Shown here piece after piece: positions 17,843-27,109 of a stretch of 64,000 nucleotides of DNA. The notes beneath the pieces were generated by a model. It was not told where the DNA came from, did not search any database, and saw only the letters and a program-made list of their open reading frames with translations. The stretch is from the NCBI GenBank assembly GCA_041644975.1, contig JBAZQX010000004.1:9189-73188 (forward strand), in the 5' to 3' direction. This DNA is from Candidatus Doudnabacteria bacterium (GTDB lineage: Bacteria; Patescibacteriota; JAQUNI01). The first letter of the stretch is position 1; each line of letters opens with the position of its first letter. The position numbers and the translations under genes were made by a program.

Positions 17843-18040
17843 ATGATAACCGATGTGCAGATTGCAAAATTCCAGACACTTTACAAAAATCGCTTTGGCA
17901 AAACAATCAGCCGAGAGGAAGCGTTTGATATGGGAGTAAAACTCATCCGATTAGTTGAGTTGATTTACAAACCGATGAAAGAAAATGAATATCAGGAATT
18001 GCAGAAACGCCGCCAAAGCCAAAAAACTGACGACATTTAA
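17843..18040 (+). CDS. Small hypothetical protein
   Basis: 65 aa, 4 nt after the previous gene (operonic). Confidence 0.35.
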   Translation: MITDVQIAKFQTLYKNRFGKTISREEAFDMGVKLIRLVELIYKPMKENEYQELQKRRQSQKTDDI

Positions 18041-18060
18041 TAAAATTTAACATTAAAATT

Positions 18061-20295
18061 ATGCAAGAATTACAAACCATTACAATTAAAGAGTATCTGG
18101 CACGCAAAGGCGTTGCCTTTCGTGAGAGCGGCAAAGAGCTTATCACCCACTGCCTTTTTAACGGCTGTGATGAGAATAGCAAAACTAACGAAGCTCATCT
18201 TTATTTTGACGCAGAAACAGGGCAATTCAACTGCAAAAAGTGCGGCGAAAAAGGCAACCTCATAACCCTTGCTAAACATCTTGGCGATAGAATAAATGAT
18301 ATTGCCCTTAATCCAATAGCTCCCATTAAAAATTCACAAAAATCCACGAAATTTGACGCAGAGCTGGTTGAAACCTGTCATCAAGCACTTTCAGTCAATA
18401 TCCGCCAGTATTTGAACGCACGGGGCATCACAGACCCCATTATAGACACATACAAGCTTGGTTGGGGCAAATTCTACGGCAAATGGTGGATTACTATTCC
18501 TATTCAGGATATTGATGGAAATTTTGTTTTTCTCAAATTACGGCAAGACCCAGAAGATACAAATAATCCAGATAAATATAAATTTTATCCTGCTGGGAGT
18601 AGCGCAACTATCTATGGATGGAAAATGCTGAAAAATAACAAAGGCACCATTGTAATCTGCGAAGGTGAGTTTGACCAATTAGTGTTGTTACAAAATGCTA
18701 TTCCCGCTATCACTTCCACGGCTGGCGTTGGAACTTTCAAAAAAGAGTGGATTGAATACTTGAAAAAATTGGAAAAAATTTATATTTGCTTTGATAAAGA
18801 TGAAGCTGGTGAGAAAGGAGCAGAGCGGCTCATTAAACTTTTATCTGAACATTTATCTGATACTGCTATTTACAAAATTACGCTCCCAGAACGAATGGTT
18901 GACGGCAAAGATATAACCGATTATTTCCTAAGATACAACGGCAATGTGGATGAATTGATTTACAAATTAGCAAAAGAATATCCAGAGCGAATTGATACCT
19001 CGCAGTTCAAGCCGCTATCCTCGCAGGATTTGGTTGAAATACTTGGATTGACGATAAAGCAGGATGATGAAAATAAAATCGTAACCTTCCTTTGCGAGTT
19101 ATCGGCATATACGGAAAACGCTCAATTCAACATCAGCTTTAACGCACCATCATCTACGGGTAAAAGCTATATCCCCACCGAGATTGCTCGGTTATTCCCA
19201 GAAGAAGATGTAATGGAGCTTGCCTATTGCAGTCCTACGGCATTTTTTCACGATGTCGGCGAATGGAACAAAGATATGAAAGGATATGTCGTGGATTTGT
19301 CTCGCAAAATTTTGATTTTTCTTGACCAACCACATACTTTACTTCTTCAACATCTCCGTCCGTTGCTCTCGCACGATAAAAAGGAGATTTCGGTGAAAAT
19401 TACTGATAAGACGCAGAAGTTTGGATTGAAGACCAAAAATATCCTACTCAAAGGATACCCCGCAGTGATTTTCTGCACGGCAGGATTGTTGATTAACGAG
19501 CAGGAAGCAACACGATTTCTCCTGTTAAGCCCAGAGATTAACCAAGAGAAAATCAGGCAAGGGATTTTGGAGAGCATTAAAAAAGAAGCAGACGCCGAGA
19601 GCTATAAGGGCTGGCTGGATGAAAACCCCGAACGAAAGCTACTTAAAGAGCGGATACGGGCAATAAAACTGGAAGGTATCCGTGAAATAAAAATTGCAAG
19701 TTATCAAAAGGTTGTTGATAGATTTTTGAGCGAAAATAAGGTGCTCAAGCCCCGACACCAGCGAGACATTAAACGCCTTGTCTCAATTATAAAATCCTTT
19801 GCCTTAATCAATCTCTGGTGGCGGGAAAAAAACGGCACAACCATTACCGCCAATGAGGATGACATTGAACAGGCATTTAAGATTTGGGACGCTATCTGCA
19901 TAAGCCAAGAGCTTAGTCTGCCACCGTATATCTACAATCTCTACCAAGAAGTTATCTTGAAGGCGTGGAATGACAAAAATAGCAACAGAAGCGAGGCAAC
20001 GGGACTGCTCGGCTTATCACGGCAGGAACTACTGCAAAAGCACTTTGAGGTCTATGGGCGGATGTTGGACACAAACCAGCTACGCCAGCAGATTTTGCCA
20101 ATGCTGGAGATGGCGGGGCTTATCGTGCAAGAGGCAGACCAAAACGACAAACGAAAAATGTTGATTTCCCCTACCGCACTAACCACTAAATCTCCGAACC
20201 AAAACAATAGTGAGAACGGGGGTGGGGTGAGCACCAACGAGGAAAACAATAGTGAAACGCAGGGTGGGGTAACTCCAAACTTAGGAATTTTCTGA
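18061..20295 (+). CDS. DNA primase (CHC2 zinc finger + TOPRIM) fused to a C-terminal P-loop NTPase-like domain (phage/plasmid primase, P4-alpha-like architecture)
   Basis: CHC2 ribbon HCLFNGCDENSKTNEAHLYFDAETGQFNCKKCGEKG. TOPRIM GTIVICEGEFDQ … CFDKDEAGEKGAERL. Walker-A-like NAPSSTGKSY in the C-terminal half. Confidence 0.75.
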   Translation: MQELQTITIKEYLARKGVAFRESGKELITHCLFNGCDENSKTNEAHLYFDAETGQFNCKKCGEKGNLITLAKHLGDRINDIALNPIAPIKNSQKSTKFDAELVETCHQALSVNIRQYLNARGITDPIIDTYKLGWGKFYGKWWITIPIQDIDGNFVFLKLRQDPEDTNNPDKYKFYPAGSSATIYGWKMLKNNKGTIVICEGEFDQLVLLQNAIPAITSTAGVGTFKKEWIEYLKKLEKIYICFDKDEAGEKGAERLIKLLSEHLSDTAIYKITLPERMVDGKDITDYFLRYNGNVDELIYKLAKEYPERIDTSQFKPLSSQDLVEILGLTIKQDDENKIVTFLCELSAYTENAQFNISFNAPSSTGKSYIPTEIARLFPEEDVMELAYCSPTAFFHDVGEWNKDMKGYVVDLSRKILIFLDQPHTLLLQHLRPLLSHDKKEISVKITDKTQKFGLKTKNILLKGYPAVIFCTAGLLINEQEATRFLLLSPEINQEKIRQGILESIKKEADAESYKGWLDENPERKLLKERIRAIKLEGIREIKIASYQKVVDRFLSENKVLKPRHQRDIKRLVSIIKSFALINLWWREKNGTTITANEDDIEQAFKIWDAICISQELSLPPYIYNLYQEVILKAWNDKNSNRSEATGLLGLSRQELLQKHFEVYGRMLDTNQLRQQILPMLEMAGLIVQEADQNDKRKMLISPTALTTKSPNQNNSENGGGVSTNEENNSETQGGVTPNLGIF

Positions 20296-20336
20296 CACTA
20301 TAAAAAAGGGCGAAAAACATATAACACTTCTAACAT

Positions 20337-20801
20337 ATGACAAAAGTATCACAAAAACAATTAGAGGCAAACCAAAAAAACGCCAAGCTCGGCGGAGTAA
20401 AGACCGATGAGGGCAAGGCGGTAAGTAAGCTAAATGCTTTAAAACACGGACTATTAAGTAAAGAGGTATTACTTAATGAAGAAGACGAAAAATCCCTTAT
20501 TGAACTCGGAAAAAGATTGCGGACAGAGTTAAAACCAGATACGGAACTTGAGCTATTGTTAGTTGATAGGATTGTAGCGAATTTTTGGAGATTGCGAAGA
20601 GCAATGATAATAGAACAACACGATGTTATCTCTGACACTGGAGGGTTAATGTATGATTGTGATAAATTTTTCCGCTATGAGACACTGCTTGAAAGAGGAA
20701 TTTATAAAGCCCTTCACGAATTGCAACGGATACAATCTGCTCGTGCTGGAGAGAAACCGCCCGCCCCATTGGCAGTGGATATTGATGTTTCTACTGATTA
20801 A
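20337..20801 (+). CDS. Hypothetical protein (mobile-element cargo)
   Basis: 154 aa, no known motif. Confidence 0.4.
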   Translation: MTKVSQKQLEANQKNAKLGGVKTDEGKAVSKLNALKHGLLSKEVLLNEEDEKSLIELGKRLRTELKPDTELELLLVDRIVANFWRLRRAMIIEQHDVISDTGGLMYDCDKFFRYETLLERGIYKALHELQRIQSARAGEKPPAPLAVDIDVSTD

Positions 20802-20950
20802 TAAAATGGGTTTGTTTCGCAAAAATGGTGGCTTTTGGTGGCTTTTTTTGTAAGGTTAATTGGAACAACAATTTATTCTTTATTCAAGCGGAAAAATTGA
20901 TTTTAATTTCAAAAAATAAACCTATCAATCTCTAATGATTTCGGCGGATT

Positions 20951-21553
20951 TTGAGAAAAAATATTATGGCAAAGCAAGAAGCAGAATGGAGTAAAAGATT
21001 AAGTATTTTCTGGCTAAAGAAGCACGGCTATCTTGATGGCGGCTGGCAGTATGGGAGTATTAAGTGGACTTATGGGATGAGCGGCAATGAAAGCAGTATC
21101 GGCTTCAATGTTATGATTAACGGGGATGAGGGCGACAATATCAGATTACAATACACATACACGAGCCGAGGAACTGATGAAAAAGAAAGTATGGATTACA
21201 GGGTTGAACTTACTACAACTCCTTGTAACTATGGCGGCAAACGATACTGGTTTATCTGCCCACTAACCAAGGATGGAAAGTATTGTGGACGGCGGGTAGG
21301 GGTGCTTTTCAGTATTGGCAAGTGGTTCGGTTGCCGACACTGTGGAAATATTGCATACCAATCACAGTTTGAGGGCGGTAATATTCGCACAGGTTCAGTT
21401 TTTGAACCAGATGTTGAAAAAGCATACAACGAAGTGAAATTGCAATACTACAACGGCAAACCAACAAGAAAATATAAACGCTACCTACGATTAAGACAAA
21501 AGATGGATAATTCGTGGGCAAAAGCGGCTTTAAAATTTGGCATTAAGTTTTAA
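20951..21553 (+). CDS. Hypothetical protein with C4 zinc-ribbon (CNYGGKRYWFICP…CGRRVGVLFSIGKWFGCRHCGN)
   Basis: Two CxxC pairs. Otherwise unrecognised. Confidence 0.4.
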   Translation: MRKNIMAKQEAEWSKRLSIFWLKKHGYLDGGWQYGSIKWTYGMSGNESSIGFNVMINGDEGDNIRLQYTYTSRGTDEKESMDYRVELTTTPCNYGGKRYWFICPLTKDGKYCGRRVGVLFSIGKWFGCRHCGNIAYQSQFEGGNIRTGSVFEPDVEKAYNEVKLQYYNGKPTRKYKRYLRLRQKMDNSWAKAALKFGIKF

Positions 21554-21582
21554 GTATGGTATTATAGATGTGTTGACCCGCC

Positions 21583-21682
21583 GCAAAAGCAATTCACAAG
21601 GATTTTTATTTGTAATGCTGTCCCTAAAGGGGCGGTCTGCCAGCATTACTACTCCTTGTGAGCAAGTGGTTGGGTCAACCAG
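21583..21682. promoter_or_regulatory. Inverted-repeat structure upstream of the recombinase gene: gttgaccc…gggtcaac flanking gtaatgctg-22nt-cagcattac
   Basis: Perfect 9-bp inverted repeat inside an outer 8-bp inverted repeat. Candidate recombination/operator site. Confidence 0.4.
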
Positions 21683-21704
21683 ACCGTCCTTTTAAGTAAT
21701 AAAT

Positions 21705-23402
21705 ATGACAAAAATTACACAAATTACACAAAAAAACATAAAAAATAAATATTTTCTTTATGCCCGCAAGTCATCAGAAAGCGAAGATAGACAGGTGCAG
21801 TCCATTGATGACCAAGTAAATCGGCTTAAACAACTTGCCAAAGATTTAAGTTTGGATATTAAAAAAATCTATACCGAATCAAAAACAGCCAAGAAGCCAA
21901 ACAACCGCCCCCTATTTGATGAAATGATACAGAGAATTGAAAATGGCGAAGCGGATGGAATTTTATGCTGGCACTTAAACAGATTGACACGCAACCCAAT
22001 TGATAGCGGTAAATTAAGTTGGCTTTTGCAACAAGGAGTAATCAAATCCATTCAAACCATAGAACGACAATATCTACCCGATGACAATGTTCTACTATTT
22101 AATGTTGAGACTGGTCAGGCTAATCAGTATCTTTTGGATTTAAGCCGTGATACTAAACGGGGACTTCTCAAAAAACTGAATACGGGCTGGCAAAATGGCA
22201 TCGCCCCATTGGGTTATCTGAATGACAAAGAAAACAAAACTATTATCAAAGACCCAGAGCGTTTTAATCTCGTCCGCAAAATGTGGGATTTAATGCTCAC
22301 GGGCAATTATACGCCGCCAAAGATTTTAGATATTGCTAATAAGGAGTGGGGTTTTAGAACACGAAAATTCAAAAGGATTGGCGGCTGTCCTCTGTCCAGA
22401 AGCGGGATTTATAAAATTTTTACAAGTTTGTTCTATGCGGGGGTTATTGAAAATAAAGGGGTGCAATATGAGGGGAAACACGAGCCGATAATTACCCTTG
22501 AAGAATACGACCGAGTGCAAATGTTGCTTGGGAGAAAAGGCAAGCCAAGACCCAAAAAGCACAAATTTGCCTTTACTGGATTTATTCGGTGCGGGGAGTG
22601 CGGCTGTCTTTATACTGCTGAAACAAAACAAAAACTAATCAAAAGCACTGGCGAAATCAAAAAATATACTTATTATCATTGCACCAGAAAAAAAAGAGAT
22701 ATTAACTGCACCCAAAGGAAATTTATTAGAGAAAACAAATTAGAACTCCAAATTGAAAAAGAATTAGAAAAATACACTATTCTCCCAGAATTTTTACATT
22801 GGGCTTTAGAGGGTCTGAATAAAAAAAATGACACCGAAATTGAAGACCGAACAAAAATTTATGAAATGCAACATAAAACTTTAACTGAAACTCAAAAAGG
22901 ATTGGACGAGCTTACTAAAATGAGATACCGCCAGTTAATTGATGATGAAACTTTTGTCAAAGAGCGTAATGAATTACAAACCAAAATCACCCAGCTTAAA
23001 GAAAAATTAAGAGAAACCGAAAGCCGAGCCGAGCGATGGCTGGAGCTAACAGAGAAGACTTTTAATTTTGCAACATATGCTAGAAAAGCATTTTTGATAG
23101 GAGGGTTAGAACTAAAGAAAGAAATACTGATGACATTAGGGAAAAATGCGATAATAAAGGACAAAAAGCTCTATATTGAGCCGAATGAATGGCTACAACC
23201 AATCAAAAATGGCTATCCTGCCTTAGAAAAAGAATATCTAAGGTTAGAACCAGCCAAAATGCGCTTAAATAAAACAAAAACAGAGGCTTTAACCTCTGTT
23301 CGTGCACGGTGGCTGGGGAGGCAGGATTCGAACCTGCGAATGGCGGCTTCAAAGGCCGCTGCCTTACCACTTGGCTACTCCCCAAAATGGAATCAGGAAT
23401 AA
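21705..23402 (+). CDS. Large serine recombinase (resolvase/invertase catalytic domain + recombinase domain + zinc ribbon + coiled coil)
   Basis: YARKSS…DDQ catalytic region, GILCWHLNRLTR, CGECGCLYTAE…YYHCTRKK zinc ribbon. The last roughly 30 codons are antisense translation of tRNA-Gln. Confidence 0.85.
   Translation: MTKITQITQKNIKNKYFLYARKSSESEDRQVQSIDDQVNRLKQLAKDLSLDIKKIYTESKTAKKPNNRPLFDEMIQRIENGEADGILCWHLNRLTRNPIDSGKLSWLLQQGVIKSIQTIERQYLPDDNVLLFNVETGQANQYLLDLSRDTKRGLLKKLNTGWQNGIAPLGYLNDKENKTIIKDPERFNLVRKMWDLMLTGNYTPPKILDIANKEWGFRTRKFKRIGGCPLSRSGIYKIFTSLFYAGVIENKGVQYEGKHEPIITLEEYDRVQMLLGRKGKPRPKKHKFAFTGFIRCGECGCLYTAETKQKLIKSTGEIKKYTYYHCTRKKRDINCTQRKFIRENKLELQIEKELEKYTILPEFLHWALEGLNKKNDTEIEDRTKIYEMQHKTLTETQKGLDELTKMRYRQLIDDETFVKERNELQTKITQLKEKLRETESRAERWLELTEKTFNFATYARKAFLIGGLELKKEILMTLGKNAIIKDKKLYIEPNEWLQPIKNGYPALEKEYLRLEPAKMRLNKTKTEALTSVRARWLGRQDSNLRMAASKAAALPLGYSPKWNQE
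23310..23384 (-). tRNA. tRNA-Gln (anticodon UUG), CCA encoded
   Basis: rc = TGGGGAGTAGCCAAGTGGTAAGGCAGCGGCCTTTGAAGCCGCCATTCGCAGGTTCGAATCCTGCCTCCCCAGCCA. 7-bp acceptor with U1-A72, anticodon stem CGGCC/GGCCG, loop CUUUGAA, T-arm GCAGG-TTCGAAT-CCTGC. Confidence 0.85.
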
Positions 23403-23471
23403 GGAATTATGAATTAGGAAGATAAAATGAAATTCATTATTCATGATTCACAATTCCTGATTCATAATTCC

Positions 23472-25109
23472 CTATTTCACAATCTCCCCTCCCAAAACCT
23501 CCAACGCTTCTCTAGTTAAATTATTATTCTGCCGCAATTCCACCTTTTCGCATTGAATCTGCCATTTGCCACCTAAGATTTGGTCTAAAACCCCTTCCAC
23601 TATTTTTTTATTGCGGGCTTGAGAAACCATATCTTTATGGAAATCCCGCGGGAAACCCAAAACCAAGGAGCCATCGCGAAAAGCGACTGGCTGGCAGAGT
23701 TTCAAGAAAGCGCATAGAGAATAATTTAAAGGTTCCACCGCCTTTAATACCTCGCTCCATTTACCTACTGCCTGTTCTAAATTCATTGTCGGCTTTTGAT
23801 ATTCGGGCAACCCCGTTAGATGTCTACTATCTAACGGGGCAAAGGAAGGCATTGATGGCTCTTCTTCTTTTTCTCCCAGTTTCGGGCTTTGCGTTTTCTC
23901 CTCGGTCTGCCCGCCTAAATTTGCCCGCCTAAATTTGCTTTCAAATTTTGGCGGGTTTGCTGACAAACTTGGGTGGGTCTGCCGCGCTTCCGCTACTTTG
24001 CCCATTGCTTCACTATATTCTATAATGGCTAACTCCAAAGACAATTGAGGAATTAAAGCCGCGTCCAAACTATTCTTCGCAGCCATAAAAAGCCTTACTA
24101 AATAGGCTAAACTTTTCAGAGAGAAATTTTGGGCGCGAGCGACTAATTCTTCTTTTTGGGCAGCAGAAAAAGAAAGCCCGGCGTGATCCAATAAAGCGGG
24201 CTGAACCTTAGCCAACATCATTCTGCGGAGATAATCAACGAGCTCGTCTGTAAAATTAAATAGGTCTTGACCATTGGCGACGATCTCGTTCACTTTGCGA
24301 ATAGCTTGCGCGCTGTCGCAAGAAGCCAGCATATTCACGAAATCGGATATTAAAGACCAATCGACCGTGCCTGAAAAATCAGCCACTTTACTCAACTTGA
24401 GCTCTTTTTTGGGCCAAGAAAGAATCTGACCTAAAATACCTTCGGCATCCCGCTCCCCGCCGTCCGCTTTGATGGCGATCAATCTCAAAATCTCGGGGTT
24501 TAAAGCGCGCTTCTCCTCCCTTAAAATCCGCGCTAAGCGGTGTTCAATTTCAGCGACTGTTAATTTTTTAAAGTCAAATCTCTGACAGCGTGAAAGAATC
24601 GTCTCTGGCACTTCGTGCACCTCTGTCGTCGCTAAAATGAAAAGAGTACGCGGAGGCGGCTCTTCCAAGGTTTTTAAAAGAGCGTTAAAGGCTTCCCGTG
24701 TCAACATATGCGCTTCATCAATAATAAAAACTTTAAAACTGTCTCTTTGGGGCGCGAAACGCACATTCTCACGGAGAGCGCGAATCTCATTGATGCCGCG
24801 GTTGGAGGCGGCGTCAATCTCAATTAAATCCAATGACCTGCCAACCGTAATCTCCTGACAACTCACACAACGGTTGCAGGGTTCCACTTTCCCGAGCCTG
24901 CGCTCGCGCACGCTTTTTTTGTTCTGGCAATTAATCGCTTTAGCGAGAATGCGCGCCACGGTGGTCTTGCCAATGCCGCGGGGACCCGCGAAAATATAAG
25001 CATGGGCAATTTTGCCCAAGCTTAATTCATTCTTTAAAGTTTGGATAATGGCAGTCTGTCCCTCCACTTCAGAAAATTTTTGCGGTCTGTATTTACGATA
25101 TAAAGTCAT
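23472..25109 (-). CDS. dnaX: DNA polymerase III subunit gamma/tau
   Basis: YRPQKFSEVEGQ…AYIFAGPRGIGKTT (Walker A), zinc module C..C..C, SRCQRF. Confidence 0.9.
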   Translation of the reverse strand: MTLYRKYRPQKFSEVEGQTAIIQTLKNELSLGKIAHAYIFAGPRGIGKTTVARILAKAINCQNKKSVRERRLGKVEPCNRCVSCQEITVGRSLDLIEIDAASNRGINEIRALRENVRFAPQRDSFKVFIIDEAHMLTREAFNALLKTLEEPPPRTLFILATTEVHEVPETILSRCQRFDFKKLTVAEIEHRLARILREEKRALNPEILRLIAIKADGGERDAEGILGQILSWPKKELKLSKVADFSGTVDWSLISDFVNMLASCDSAQAIRKVNEIVANGQDLFNFTDELVDYLRRMMLAKVQPALLDHAGLSFSAAQKEELVARAQNFSLKSLAYLVRLFMAAKNSLDAALIPQLSLELAIIEYSEAMGKVAEARQTHPSLSANPPKFESKFRRANLGGQTEEKTQSPKLGEKEEEPSMPSFAPLDSRHLTGLPEYQKPTMNLEQAVGKWSEVLKAVEPLNYSLCAFLKLCQPVAFRDGSLVLGFPRDFHKDMVSQARNKKIVEGVLDQILGGKWQIQCEKVELRQNNNLTREALEVLGGEIVK

Positions 25110-25199
25110 AAATTGGGAATGGGGAATTATGAATTATGAATCAAGAATAAGATTGTAAAAAAAATTCTTTTTCTGTTCACTCATCACTTATGAATTGCG

Positions 25200-25440
25200 C
25201 TAGTTATTCTCTTAAAATAACGCCTTGGGAATTAACCATTCAAAATTATTCTAATTAACCTAATTGTTCTAATTATTCTAAATAAATCCCAATACCCAAT
25301 GACCAATGCCTAAAATTAATTTTGGTTATTCATGATTTGGTCATTGGTCATTTCTTAGGTTAATTAGATCAATTAGAACAATTAGAATAATTCTTAGAAG
25401 TGAAAGGCACGGTGAATACCATAGCCTCAAATTCCCCTAA
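25200..25440. repeat. AT-rich word-repeat palindromic intergenic spacer (taattagaa / ccaatgacc words)
   Basis: Long imperfect inverted repeat of aattattctaattaacctaattgttctaattattctaaata…ccaatgaccaatg. Similar word-repeats at 29095-29257 and 35430-35481. Confidence 0.7.
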
Positions 25441-25467
25441 AATCAAGATGTTTAATTAGCATAATCC

Positions 25468-25947
25468 CTATTTACTTATATTTTTACTTGCTTCTTTTTT
25501 ATTAAACACAAAAAATTTATAGCCCACAAAATTCCAGATTAAAGAAACCGCGGTAGCCACAACCTTGACCGCGTTCGCCCATAATCCGACCGAGAGCCCG
25601 AAATGCGCGCTTACCATGGTAGTGCCCAAATAAACAATCGAACTGTTAATCCCCATTCCTATAATCGTCACAAAAATAAACTGGGCATATTGGAAAACCG
25701 CCCGCTCCTCCCCTTTATATTTGAAAGCCCACAGGCGATTCCAGAAGAAACTGTTCGTGGAAGCAATCGCGAAAGAGATCGCATTAAAAACGAAAACTGG
25801 CCAACCGCGGTAAATACTAAAAATCCACATCTCTAAATTTAAAATCCCGAAGTCAATCCCCGTGTTTATAAAACCGACAACCACAAAACGCAAGAATTGA
25901 CCAATGATGGGATACTTTTGCAAAAGATTTTTGTTTTCTGGACCCAT
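25468..25947 (-). CDS. GtrA-family membrane protein (polysaccharide biosynthesis/flippase-associated)
   Basis: FLRFVVVGFINTGIDFGILNL…, four TM helices, KFFVFN C-terminus typical of GtrA. Confidence 0.75.
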   Translation of the reverse strand: MGPENKNLLQKYPIIGQFLRFVVVGFINTGIDFGILNLEMWIFSIYRGWPVFVFNAISFAIASTNSFFWNRLWAFKYKGEERAVFQYAQFIFVTIIGMGINSSIVYLGTTMVSAHFGLSVGLWANAVKVVATAVSLIWNFVGYKFFVFNKKEASKNISK

Positions 25948-26143
25948 AATTTTATTTTATCTGATTAAAATTAAACAATTTTATTCTAACAAAAAAAAGA
26001 GAATCTAGCAATTAAGTAAATTCTCGAATTAGCATCCTTCACCGCAATCATACTTAACCACCCTGATGTCAACGCCTTGCTCGCTATTTTTTTTACAACA
26101 GTAAAAAAAACAACGATCAAACTTGGATACGTGATTGTTATTA

Positions 26144-26842
26144 CTATTCCTCATCATCTACCAAACCTTCCAAACCTTCCAGCTCGCTGTCCAAGTCGTC
26201 CACAACCTGATCGGGAACAACTTCTTTCTCCACCTCGGCAGAAGGCACAGCAGTCTCATCTCCCTTTTTCTCTACCATATCTTTCAAACTCGTTTTCTTG
26301 ATAATATTCTCCACCGCGCCCCATTCGGATTCGCCCTGGACGGGAATAACCAATGTTACCTCATCACCCGCTTCACCTTTAAAATAAGTGACGCTCGCTA
26401 ATAAAACTTTGTAGGCTTTATTCTCAACGATTACCTGATACTCCCCTTTATCATCCTGGGAAAGCACGCCTAACACCTTTTTACGTTCCACGGGCCCGAT
26501 TTGTTTATAAATAAAAGAACCGTCCTCGGTAATGGTAAGTTTAAGGGTATCACCCTGAATAATCTTGGATTTAGAGGCGTAATTGGCAGGCACGGGGTAT
26601 TCTGTGTCGTCCGGCGCGACCATACTCTGACCATTAAAAATACCCTGAATAATCCGCGTTTTCCCCGCAGAAGAGGCTAATTCTTGTGCCTTTTCTAAAA
26701 TTTGTTTTTTACTAATTTTCGGCTTGGAGCTTTCCACATCCCCCCCTAAAAATTCAGTCAGAACCTTTTTAGCCTGGGAGAGATTGGACTCCGCTTGCTC
26801 TAATATTTCACGAATTAAAGCGATTTTTTCTAAATCTGCCAT
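26144..26842 (-). CDS. Hypothetical protein with acidic C-terminal tail
   Basis: 232 aa, DDLDSELEGLEGLVDDEE tail. No known motif. Confidence 0.45.
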   Translation of the reverse strand: MADLEKIALIREILEQAESNLSQAKKVLTEFLGGDVESSKPKISKKQILEKAQELASSAGKTRIIQGIFNGQSMVAPDDTEYPVPANYASKSKIIQGDTLKLTITEDGSFIYKQIGPVERKKVLGVLSQDDKGEYQVIVENKAYKVLLASVTYFKGEAGDEVTLVIPVQGESEWGAVENIIKKTSLKDMVEKKGDETAVPSAEVEKEVVPDQVVDDLDSELEGLEGLVDDEE

Positions 26843-26949
26843 TTTTTTGCAATTTCTCTTTTATTTTATTTTTGGAGAAATTACTTGTTAATTTTTAGTT
26901 TTTGTTTTTGCGACTTTTTGATAAAAATAATATAGCAAAAAAAGGGGGA

Positions 26950-27078
26950 AAGGTCAATGATTTGTATTTGACCCCGTTAGAAACATGCCCCGCGGCTAGG
27001 CTAGCGGTTGGGTAGAAATGATAACTCGTGCGGTTGGGTTTCATGCCTCGCACGAGTTTCTAACGGGGTTGACCTTCC
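26950..27078. repeat. Nested-hairpin element (CCCCGTTAGAAAC…GTTTCTAACGGGG with inner ctcgtgcg…cgcacgag hairpin)
   Basis: Member of the family also at 1621-1699, 36194-36340, 61867-61994, and short 29-bp versions at 23811-23839 and 40079-40108. Confidence 0.75.
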
Positions 27079-27109
27079 AGAAATAAAGTTTTATAATTGA
27101 TTTAACGGC

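Larger units (their letters stand above)
15290..23402. mobile_element. Putative integrative element (Xis-like HTH, primase, cargo ORFans, large serine recombinase) inserted next to tRNA-Gln; left boundary uncertain
   Basis: Gene content (15521-23402) plus tRNA adjacency. AT-richer than flanking core genes by eye. Confidence 0.55.

Noticed and set aside
25200-25440. Possible CRISPR array (repetitive AT-rich spacer regions here and at 29095-29257, 43596-43778)
   Set aside because: Repeats are degenerate, irregularly spaced, largely inverted rather than direct, and no cas genes are present.
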